Source: an uncultured Planctomycetota bacterium | Lineage (GTDB): Bacteria; Planctomycetota; Phycisphaerae; UBA1845; CAIVHJ01 | DNA: 64,000 bases | Direction: 5' to 3' | Assembly (NCBI GenBank): GCA_942492115.1 | Contig: CALODL010000002.1 | Location: 242,803-306,802 of the forward strand | Shown here: piece after piece, positions 8,222 to 18,390 of the stretch | Layout of the letters: each line of letters starts with the position of its first letter | Position numbering within the stretch: the stretch's first letter is position 1 | Translations under genes and position numbers: made by a program | Notes under the pieces: model-generated | Seen by the model: only the letters and a program-made list of their open reading frames with translations | Told to the model about the DNA's origin: nothing | The model's database searches: none

Positions 8222-8764
8222 TCAGGCCATACCCTCTTCCAGATCAACGCCCAGCCCATCCGCAATCCTGTTGATATAGTTGAAATACGCTGCTACCTGG
8301 GCGATGTCGTGGATGGCCAGGTCGCTGAATCCGCTGCGTCTTAGAGTATCGACGTCGTCGCGGGTCATGGCCCCGGGCGTACGCGTCAGTTTGACAGCGT
8401 AGTCGAGGGCAGCGCGGGTCTGGGCGTCGACCGCGGCGGTGGTGTAGTCGCTCTTGATGGCTTCGACCATCGCGTCATCATCGATCTCCGACCGGAGATC
8501 CTCAGCATGGGCTTCGGTTCAGTAATAGCAATCATTGGTGCGTGAGACGACGGTGGCGATCATCTCGCGGAGGCTGCGGGGGACCGGTGATTCTGCGATT
8601 GTCGTGGCTTGATACAGGCCCATGCTGGCGCGCAGGCTCCGAGCATTGAGGCTTTGAATCTTGAGAATCTGATAGACCTTGCCCGCACGCCGACGGGCGT
8701 CAGCGTAGATCTTGGCCAGCGGGCCATCCGCTGCGTCATCACTGACGGTTTTGATCCATGCCAT
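8222..8764 (-). CDS. AhpD/carboxymuconolactone-decarboxylase family peroxidase-related protein, probable selenoprotein (UGA = Sec at 8521-8519)
   Basis: ORFs 8519-8764 and 8222-8470 are in the same frame, separated only by one TGA. Read through, the sequence is ...VVSRTNDCYY-U-TEAHAEDL..., which is the family signature CxxCxxxH with the 2nd Cys replaced by UGA. The combined product is 180 aa, matching family size. A hairpin follows the UGA. Confidence 0.7.
8483..8500 (-). other. candidate bacterial SECIS hairpin
   Basis: mRNA-sense GAUCUCC-GGUC-GGAGAUC (7-bp stem, GGUC apical loop) starting 18 nt after the UGA. Spacing and the G/U-containing loop resemble E. coli-type SECIS elements. Confidence 0.55.
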
Positions 8765-8945
8765 CGTTGCGTACCTGCCCGGAGTTGTAAGATTTTGCGA
8801 TTTTTTGTTGCGCGATTGCGTGTGAGCTCAGTCTTTATGGATGAACACCGGCACGCGGTTGGGCGACGTGACCCCCAGCGGACTGAGCCAGAAAGAGCTT
8901 CCGACACACAAGCTCCTTCCTTCCCTGCCTCGGGGAACTTTGGCC

Positions 8946-8975
8946 GGGCCTGGATCCCTCAGGGGATCCAGGCCC
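8946..8975 (-). terminator. 13-bp perfect stem-loop between the S9 peptidase and the AhpD-like gene (terminator/attenuator candidate)
   Basis: GGGCCTGGATCCC-tcag-GGGATCCAGGCCC, 11 nt after the peptidase stop. No clear U-tract, so its function is uncertain. Confidence 0.4.
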
Positions 8976-8986
8976 AACTCCGTAGC

Positions 8987-11125
<2,139 letters not shown>

Positions 11126-11469
11126 GAAAACACCTCTTCTCGGGTACGGATGACTGAATATTGGGCTCACTTGCACACTCGGTGCGCTGCCTCGACGGCG
11201 GAATCCACGGACTGCGGTCTCGGGTCAGGGGGATCCTCAACAGTATCTTGTGGTGACCCCGTCAGTGACAAGCATGCGGTGTATCGTATCGAGGCCATCA
11301 ACGGCGTCAAACCTGTGTGTTGAACCTGCTCGTGCACGCCGATTACGGCGTGTGATTCTGTCTTCATAGTCGATTGCGTGCAGACCGCCACGATCGGGAT
11401 TGCCGTATCTTTGCGCCGGCGACCAGCCATTCGATTCGAGCGCATGCGCGGTGTACAATACTTTGACAC

Positions 11470-12402
11470 ATGGAGGCACTCCTCACAGTCGAGCAAGTCA
11501 CCGTGGACTATGGACGTTTGCGTGCACTCGATCATGTCGAGATGACGCTTGCGGGCGGCGATCTCGTCGGACTCATCGGTCCAAACGGTGCAGGCAAGAC
11601 GACTCTGCTACGGGTCATGGCTGGTCTGCAGCCGCCCACGCGCGGGCGGGCGGTGGTCCTGGGCGAGGAGGTGCTTGGCGAGGCGACCACCATCCGAGGC
11701 CGTATCGGTTTTGCTCCGGACTCGCCACCGGCATACGAGGAGCTGACCGTCGAGCAGTTCTTGCATTTCATCGGGCAGGCCCACGGGCTGGCCGCGGCCG
11801 AGCGCGAAGAACGCATCGACTACTGGCTCGAACACGTGTGGCTGATCGACAAACGCCGCGAGCGCATCAAGAACCTGTCCCGCGGCATGCGCCAGCGCGT
11901 GACGCTCGCGCAGACGCTGGTGCCCAATCCGACCGTCGTGCTTTTGGACGAGCCTGCATCGGGGCTCGATCCGGCCGGGCGGATCCAGCTCCGTCAGGTC
12001 ATTGCCAGTTTGCGTGATCAGGGCAAGGCCATCGTGGTGTCGAGTCACATCCTGGCTGATCTCGAGGAATACTGCACCCATGTGGCGATTCTGGAACACG
12101 GCCGTCTGTTGCGCTACGCCCATGTCGGGGACTTGCATGCCAGTCCGGACCAGCGCTGCGGTTATCGACTTACGGTCGCTGACGACGGCGATGTGCAGAG
12201 TATCTTGAGCGAATTCGACGACGTTGATGAGATCGAGCAATGCAATGGCGCGGTGATGTTTCGTTTTGACATGGACACTCGACGGGCGGCGGACCTCCTG
12301 GTTCACCTGGTGCAGCGTGGGGTCCGCGTCAGTTCGTTCGGCGCGACACGAGACAGTTTCGAAGATGTCTATTTGAAAACCGGCGTGAAACAGGTGGACT
12401 GA
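11470..12402 (+). CDS. ABC transporter ATP-binding protein
   Basis: Walker A GPNGAGKTTLL, signature LSRGMRQRVTLAQ, Walker B VVLLDEPASGLD, H-loop SSHIL. Confidence 0.9.
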   Translation: MEALLTVEQVTVDYGRLRALDHVEMTLAGGDLVGLIGPNGAGKTTLLRVMAGLQPPTRGRAVVLGEEVLGEATTIRGRIGFAPDSPPAYEELTVEQFLHFIGQAHGLAAAEREERIDYWLEHVWLIDKRRERIKNLSRGMRQRVTLAQTLVPNPTVVLLDEPASGLDPAGRIQLRQVIASLRDQGKAIVVSSHILADLEEYCTHVAILEHGRLLRYAHVGDLHASPDQRCGYRLTVADDGDVQSILSEFDDVDEIEQCNGAVMFRFDMDTRRAADLLVHLVQRGVRVSSFGATRDSFEDVYLKTGVKQVD

Positions 12403-13865
12403 TGCCCGGGACTGATTTCGTAGCACTTCCAAATCCGCTGTGGTCCTGCCAGTTGCACATCCTGGGTGGGCCGCGTCGAATGGCGGTGGTCGCAACGGTG
12501 TACGCATCGGTTCTGGTGGGCCTGCTCCTGCTGTTCCGCATGCCGTTCAAAGACGTCCCCATTACGGGGTTCGCCCACGAAGCCCTCAAGTACCTCGCTG
12601 GGTGGCATTGCCTGCTCGTGACGCTCGGTGGTTGCGCCGCGATCAGCAAGGCACTGCATCGTGACCATCAGACACGGATGATCGAATCTCACCGGACGTC
12701 TCCGATGAGCGGGGTGACCGTTGCGCTGGGTTATATCATCGGCCCGAACCTTCAGATTCTGGGTATCCTCCTCGTCGGCGCCGTGGTGGGAGTGGCACTG
12801 GTGTGGATCGCACGCGATGACATGCAACTGTGGATCATGAGCCACGTTTATCTCGTGATGGTGGTCATCAGCGTGTGGTCCGCAGCCGTATTCTTCGGCA
12901 TCGGGACCAGCCAGAGACGTTCGCAATTCGCGACTGTGTTCGGTATCAGCGCAGCGACCATCGGGGCATGGCTCTCGATCATTCCGGCATTCGCCGTACT
13001 GTCCGGTATGGGGTCGGTGCTGTGGTGCTATGGCATGCTGTTGGCCGTGCCGGGGATCGAGCGGGGCATGGGGCTCGTCCTGGGACTGGCGCTGGGCATG
13101 TCCCTGTTCTGGATCGGTTCTGCGGCGCGGCGCTTTCGCCATCCATTTCAGTCTGCGTTGAATCCCCTCTCGGCAGCCGTGCTGGTCACGATCTGGGTGA
13201 TCGTGTCTGCTATTGTCACCCAGGTTGGCCCGTCGAACCTCGGATTACTGAAGAACGTGTTCTCTCTGCGAATCGCGGTGTGGTGTGTGCCCCTCAGCGC
13301 CCTGTGCATCGCACCGCTGCCTTTCGCCATGGCGGCCATTCAGCGTAGAAGCGCCATTCAATCACGTGCCGGACGGCCGGCGCAGTCGGCGGCGCGGTGC
13401 TGGCGGTGGGCGGTGATCGGTGTCGCATTGTTCGGGCTGGCCGAGCTGAGCGTCATCGGCGTCAGCCGTGTCAACCCTGAGGTCAACCGCGTGGTCCAGG
13501 GCATGGACGCCAGCGCCTGGCAAGTCCTTCTGGTCAGTGGAACGCTGGGAATCTTCACGGCGTGTGCAGTACTCGAGTCCGCTTTGATGCTCTTTGGCAA
13601 GTTCCTGCTGGGATTTGTGGCGATTATCTCACTGTGGGTGTTTCCACCGATCGTCGACTTTGTCCGCACGAGTCTTTTTGAGACCACGGGTCCCGATCTG
13701 GGGGTGTTGTCGGGCTGCTCGCCCGCCGGCATGATCGCACTGATGGCCCTGCGGGGTTCTGATCACGTGTGGGTTGGGCTTCTCGTGCAGCTGAGCAGTG
13801 CGGTCGTCGCCATGCTTGGTGCCCGTTTGGCTGTTCAAACGCAGTCCGGGCTCGTCCCGCGCTGA
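12402..13865 (+). CDS. polytopic membrane protein, probable permease partner of the ABC ATPase
   Basis: 487 aa, roughly 10-12 hydrophobic segments. Its start overlaps the ATPase stop (TGATG), suggesting translational coupling. No recognisable family motif. Confidence 0.5.
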   Translation: MPGTDFVALPNPLWSCQLHILGGPRRMAVVATVYASVLVGLLLLFRMPFKDVPITGFAHEALKYLAGWHCLLVTLGGCAAISKALHRDHQTRMIESHRTSPMSGVTVALGYIIGPNLQILGILLVGAVVGVALVWIARDDMQLWIMSHVYLVMVVISVWSAAVFFGIGTSQRRSQFATVFGISAATIGAWLSIIPAFAVLSGMGSVLWCYGMLLAVPGIERGMGLVLGLALGMSLFWIGSAARRFRHPFQSALNPLSAAVLVTIWVIVSAIVTQVGPSNLGLLKNVFSLRIAVWCVPLSALCIAPLPFAMAAIQRRSAIQSRAGRPAQSAARCWRWAVIGVALFGLAELSVIGVSRVNPEVNRVVQGMDASAWQVLLVSGTLGIFTACAVLESALMLFGKFLLGFVAIISLWVFPPIVDFVRTSLFETTGPDLGVLSGCSPAGMIALMALRGSDHVWVGLLVQLSSAVVAMLGARLAVQTQSGLVPR

Positions 13866-14072
13866 GCCCGTTCGTCTTGGCGCAAGTCCATGATTCGGCT
13901 AACTTGTTCCGTCTTGACACGCATCCAGCTTATCCGCTCAACGCGTTGATCCGTTGCCTCGTGACGATCACAGCGAGAATATTGACGGACACGCCTCGAT
14001 CTCCCCGGTCATGGGATGGGTTTGGCTCCATGTCGTGTCGGTCCTCCGGGCTCAACAGGAAGGGGATTGCTC

Positions 14073-15107
14073 ATGATCCGATCGTTGTTTGCCATCGCAT
14101 TGCTTTGTGCGCCCGCTGCCGGGCAGGACACACCCGAGTCGGCCGACAAAGTGGCCGATTTGTCTGACGCGCTGCATCCGCGCGTCAAGATGACCACGTC
14201 GATGGGTGACATCATTCTGCTGCTCGACGCCGACAAGGCGCCGGAGACGGTCCTGAATTTTGTCAAATATGCGCGTGACGGTCACTACGACAACACGATT
14301 TTCCATCGCGTGATCAACGGTTTCATGATCCAGGGTGGCGGTTTCACCGGAGACCTGGTTCAGAAGCCCACCCGTGCCGGCATCAAGAATGAGTGGCGCA
14401 ATGGTCTGCAGAATGCCCGGGGCACGATTGCCATGGCCCGTCTCGGCGGTAAGCCCGATTCTGCCACCGCGCAGTTCTTCATCAACGTCGTGGGCAACAG
14501 CAACCTCGATCGACCACAACAGGACGGCGCGGCCTATGCGGTGTTCGGCAAGGTCGTAGACGGACTCGAGGTTGTTGACGCCATCAAGGTCGTGGCCACC
14601 GAGAAAAAGGGCGCCCATGCCCATGTCCCGGTCGAGCCGGTGGTCATCAAGTCGGTGACTGTCGTCAGTGACTTCGACGAGGCGGTCGTGCGTCAGACGC
14701 TGGTCGACGCCGCCGCGCGCGAGGCGGCGTTGTTCGACGCTACGGTCGCGGAGATCGAGGAGGAGACGCACAAGAGATTCGAGAAAACCGAAAGTGGTCT
14801 TCTGTATATGGTCATTGAAGAGGGGACCGGACCGTCACCGACACTCGATGACCGCGTCGAAGTGCACTACACCGGATATTTCCTCAATGGCCAGAAATTC
14901 CACAGTTCGCACGATGGCAACCAGCCACTGTCCACGAAAGTCACGGGTTTGATAAAAGGCTGGCAGGAGGGGTTGGTCAAAATGAAGGTGGGCGGAAAGA
15001 GCAAGCTCATCATCCCTTACCACCTGGCCTATGGTGAACGTGGTCGTTCGGGGATTCCTCCCAAGTCGGACCTGCATTTCGATGTCGAGTTATTGTCCAT
15101 CGAGTGA
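14073..15107 (+). CDS. bifunctional peptidyl-prolyl cis-trans isomerase: cyclophilin-type domain fused to FKBP-type domain, secreted
   Basis: Signal peptide MIRSLFAIALLCAPAAGQ. Cyclophilin motifs FHRVINGFMIQGGGF and ATAQFFIN. C-terminal FKBP motifs VEVHYTGYFLNGQKFHSS, GWQEGLVKMKVGGKSKLIIPYHLAYGERG and DLHFDVELLSI. Confidence 0.85.
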   Translation: MIRSLFAIALLCAPAAGQDTPESADKVADLSDALHPRVKMTTSMGDIILLLDADKAPETVLNFVKYARDGHYDNTIFHRVINGFMIQGGGFTGDLVQKPTRAGIKNEWRNGLQNARGTIAMARLGGKPDSATAQFFINVVGNSNLDRPQQDGAAYAVFGKVVDGLEVVDAIKVVATEKKGAHAHVPVEPVVIKSVTVVSDFDEAVVRQTLVDAAAREAALFDATVAEIEEETHKRFEKTESGLLYMVIEEGTGPSPTLDDRVEVHYTGYFLNGQKFHSSHDGNQPLSTKVTGLIKGWQEGLVKMKVGGKSKLIIPYHLAYGERGRSGIPPKSDLHFDVELLSIE

Positions 15108-15223
15108 TGCGCCGGACACACCGGATGCGGGGCTGCTGTCGCGTGTGGCCGCACAGAGGTTTGTTCCGCTCGGTCTGGGGGTTGCTTAACGCTCTGCTGG
15201 CGGGCGTTGTATAATACACGGTC

Positions 15224-17542
15224 GTGAGCAGGCGCCGGATCAAAACGACCTCATCATCACCAGGCCCACAAGGTCGCTGCGTGTCATTGCCGGTCATGGC
15301 GGGGGCAGGCCCAATCAAGACTTCGCGGTCCAGCCGCTGGCGGGCGGCCGTCCTGATCGGCATTCATGTGCTGTTCATCGGACACCTCGTGCACTGGCGC
15401 CTGTCGGAATCAACGGTTGCACCCCTCGAACCATCCGAAGCCATGGCCTTCTCCAAGGAAGGTTTGATCAACGCCGGGTTCGTGCTCTTCGCTATCGCCA
15501 TCCTTTCGACGCTCATCTTCGGTCGGTTCTTTTGCGGATGGGGTTGTCACGTCGTTGCCCTCCAGGACCTTTCACGGTGGCTCCTCCACAGGGTTGGCAT
15601 TCGTCCCAAACCCCTCCGTTCCCGTGTGTTGATGCTCGTACCGCTGGTCGCCTTCGTATACATGTTTCTGTGTCCGCTCATTTACAGAGTGCTCAAGGAT
15701 CACCATGTCACGGGGGGGACGGCCCTGACGACGACGCAGTTCTGGGCTACGTTTCCACAGTGGTTCATCGCCTTGTTGACATTTTTCGCCTGTGGCTTCG
15801 TGATCGTCTACATGCTCGGCGCAAAGGGATTTTGTACGTATGCCTGTCCTTACGGCGGGATCTTCGGTGTTGTCGAGCAACTGGCCCCATGGCGCATCCG
15901 GGTGACGGATGCCTGCGAGGGGTGCGGTCACTGCACTGCGGTGTGCACGTCCAACGTCCGCGTGCACCAGGAGGTCCGCGAGCATGGCATGGTCGTCGAT
16001 CCTGGTTGCATGAAGTGCCTGGATTGTGTCAGTGTGTGCCCAAACGAGGCTCTCTACGTCGGTTTCGGACGCCCTACAGTCGGAGTGTCCGCGGCGGCTT
16101 CCGCACGGTCGTCGTGGGGCCAACGCATCGTGTCGGGGGCTGTGACTGCCGCTTTCCTGCTTGCCGCGCTGGCGGTCTTCAACTGGAACGATTTGTCCGT
16201 TGCGTGGTTGCGCGACAACATCGGGTTCGTCTGCGGACTTGCGGGAGGGTCGTGGTTACTGATCATGTTGCTGCCGTCCAAGTCCGGGCGCAGCCGGGCC
16301 GACTACACCGTCACCGAAGAAATCCTGATCGGGACGCTGTTTCTGGCCGGCGTAGTTGCATTTCGCGGGACCTATGTCGTCGTGCCCGGAGGACTCGACA
16401 TGGGGCTTGCGGGTGAGATCCCATTTCTGTGTGCCCTGGGCCTGGCTGCGATCGCCGCGTACCTTGGCATCAATGGCCTGCGGCTGTTGTACAAGCGCAA
16501 TCTCACGTTGCATCGTCTGACCGTCAAGCGGGCTGGTCGCGTGACGCTCGGAGGCTGGATCTTTGCCGTATTCATGGTCGCTGGTACCGTGATGTCGGTG
16601 CACGCCGCATCCGTTCAGGTTCATGTCCACGCTATGCGCCGGGCTTCGGGAGCGCTGCAGCACATGCAGGCGATGTGGTTCAATCCGAATCGGGAGTTGT
16701 TGAGTGCGGATCATAAGGAAGCCATCGCTGGCGGCCTGACCCATGCCCGTGCGCTGCCGCGCTGGGCTCGAGTCGGCCATCCTGAACGCGAGCGCATGGC
16801 AGCGTGGTATGAGCTGATGAGCGGGAACGGGTCGGCTTTTGAAACGCGTGTTCATGGGCTGCTTGAACTGCGTCCGGGTGCCGCTCTGTTGCGTCGTGAG
16901 CTGGCCGAGTACCTCGTCGCCGAGGGGCGCTATGATGAAGCCGTTGCGCAATTCGAGTGCCTCATGGACGGCCAGCCAACGGTTGAATCCTATCTGCGAT
17001 TCATCGAGCTGCTTGCCGGGCTGGGTCGTTTTGAGCACGCTGTGCACGTCGGTGAAACAGGAATTGTCCAGCATCCCGGTAATGCTTCGTTGGAGTATAG
17101 CGCAGCCCTCGCAGCCCAGATGGCCGGAGATGTGGAGCGCGCGTTGAGCGGCTACCAGGAAGCCATACGGTTGCAGCCCGATTCTATCGAGGCTCGGGAA
17201 AACTACGCTGGAGCCCTGTGTGAAGCCCGCCGTTTCGATGCGTGCATCGCTGAGTTTGCGGCACTACTCGAAGCGCACGGTGACGATGCCGCGTCGCATT
17301 TCAAGAAGGCGATCGCGCATCTCAACGTTCAACAGTACGCAGAGGCCGAAACGCACTTTGCCCGGGCTTCGGCCCTGGCGCCGGAAGACCCACGACCGTA
17401 CATGGCCCTGGCTGATCTGGCCCGTTTGCGCGGTGATGAACTGCAGGCCGCCGAGTACATGCTGCAGGCGAAACGGATCCTCGAGCTCGAACAGGCGGAA
17501 CAGCCGAGTCAGGCGTTCGACAGGACATCGGGCGGCAACTGA
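15224..17542 (+). CDS. NapH/MauN-like 4Fe-4S membrane protein fused to a C-terminal TPR domain
   Basis: Motifs FFCGWGCH and FCTYACPYGG, plus two ferredoxin motifs (CEGCGHCTAVCTS and CMKCLDCVSVCPN). Further TM helices follow, then about 250 aa of TPR-like repeats. The start is uncertain (GTG 15224 or ATG 15296). Confidence 0.7.
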   Translation: MSRRRIKTTSSSPGPQGRCVSLPVMAGAGPIKTSRSSRWRAAVLIGIHVLFIGHLVHWRLSESTVAPLEPSEAMAFSKEGLINAGFVLFAIAILSTLIFGRFFCGWGCHVVALQDLSRWLLHRVGIRPKPLRSRVLMLVPLVAFVYMFLCPLIYRVLKDHHVTGGTALTTTQFWATFPQWFIALLTFFACGFVIVYMLGAKGFCTYACPYGGIFGVVEQLAPWRIRVTDACEGCGHCTAVCTSNVRVHQEVREHGMVVDPGCMKCLDCVSVCPNEALYVGFGRPTVGVSAAASARSSWGQRIVSGAVTAAFLLAALAVFNWNDLSVAWLRDNIGFVCGLAGGSWLLIMLLPSKSGRSRADYTVTEEILIGTLFLAGVVAFRGTYVVVPGGLDMGLAGEIPFLCALGLAAIAAYLGINGLRLLYKRNLTLHRLTVKRAGRVTLGGWIFAVFMVAGTVMSVHAASVQVHVHAMRRASGALQHMQAMWFNPNRELLSADHKEAIAGGLTHARALPRWARVGHPERERMAAWYELMSGNGSAFETRVHGLLELRPGAALLRRELAEYLVAEGRYDEAVAQFECLMDGQPTVESYLRFIELLAGLGRFEHAVHVGETGIVQHPGNASLEYSAALAAQMAGDVERALSGYQEAIRLQPDSIEARENYAGALCEARRFDACIAEFAALLEAHGDDAASHFKKAIAHLNVQQYAEAETHFARASALAPEDPRPYMALADLARLRGDELQAAEYMLQAKRILELEQAEQPSQAFDRTSGGN

Positions 17543-17604
17543 GCGCAGGTGCAACCAGTGCTCGTTGCATCGTGCGCGCTTGCTCCACCATTGATCGAAC
17601 AGGT

Positions 17605-18390
17605 TTAGAAACCGATGGTGTCGATGCTTCCCGAGCGTATCCAGGCTGTACGGCTGGCATCCGCGAGTTGAATGCGCGTCCAGTCCCCACGTCGTTCAAC
17701 GATCCGCGCTTCCGTACCCGCCGGGAGTGGATTGGAGAATACCGGCCGAGCGCCCGGGGCATCGGCCGACAGGGCCGGTTCACCTCCCCGCGTCACAATG
17801 ACGCCCTCCCGGTTGCCGCGGTCAGGTTCGAAAACAACGGATCCCAGGAGGCCCAACCATACGATCCCACACAGTATGGCGCCGTTACGCAGCAGCGTTT
17901 TTCTCCAGCGATATGCGGCGGCGTACATCCCCACACCGAAAGCGAAAAAGAGCGCCGCGAGTGTATTGCGTTCGCCGAGTGCCAACGAGCGATGCCAGAA
18001 GAAGAATGTATCCATAGCAGAACTGGGCTGTGGGCGCGGCACCCATGCGGGCAGAAGGCTGCGTGTGTGTTGTAGATTCTGAGTCGCGCGCGGATGGTCT
18101 GGGTCGATGCGCAGCGCGCGACGGTAGGCCAACACGGCTTGTCCGAGTTCCTCGGACTGTAAGGCGGCGTTGCCCGCATCGGCGTAGAGATCCGCGCTGT
18201 GCACACCCTCGCTGATGATGCGATCAAAGAGCAACTTGGACCGCTGAAACTGGGCAAGCCGGGTGTCGCGGTCCGCCTCGTTCATGGCAACCTGATAGGT
18301 TCGGCGAGCGCGGAACAGTGTTCGCCCCAACCTGGAATTATTGTTCAATGGTGCCCCAAGGAGCGCAAGCGTCAAGAACAGAACAGTCAC
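17605..18390 (-). CDS. BatE-like protein (TPR repeats + C-terminal SH3b-like domain)
   Basis: Last gene of the Bat-type operon. Contains a TPR segment (ADAGNAALQSEELGQAVLAYRRALRIDPDHPRA), TM helices and a C-terminal SH3-like end (GTEARIVERRGDWTRIQLADASRTAWIRSGSI). Confidence 0.6.
   Translation of the reverse strand: MTVLFLTLALLGAPLNNNSRLGRTLFRARRTYQVAMNEADRDTRLAQFQRSKLLFDRIISEGVHSADLYADAGNAALQSEELGQAVLAYRRALRIDPDHPRATQNLQHTRSLLPAWVPRPQPSSAMDTFFFWHRSLALGERNTLAALFFAFGVGMYAAAYRWRKTLLRNGAILCGIVWLGLLGSVVFEPDRGNREGVIVTRGGEPALSADAPGARPVFSNPLPAGTEARIVERRGDWTRIQLADASRTAWIRSGSIDTIGF

Noticed and set aside
8519-8521. Interpreting the TGA as a genuine stop, giving either two small genes or a pseudogene.
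   Set aside because: The downstream fragment continues the family alignment in the same frame without an indel. The TGA falls exactly on the catalytic CxxC second Cys. A SECIS-like hairpin follows at the expected distance. Pseudogenisation remains the fallback if the genome has no sel genes.
11608-13142. 299-aa and 257-aa minus-strand ORFs opposite the ABC ATPase and permease genes.
   Set aside because: Shadow ORFs. The plus strand carries unambiguous Walker A/B and signature motifs, and the permease start is coupled to the ATPase stop.
17543-17604. Possible bidirectional terminator between the convergent genes ending at 17542 and 17605 (GCAAC-N8-GTTGC).
   Set aside because: Only a 5-bp stem with no U-tract on either strand, which is too weak to call.
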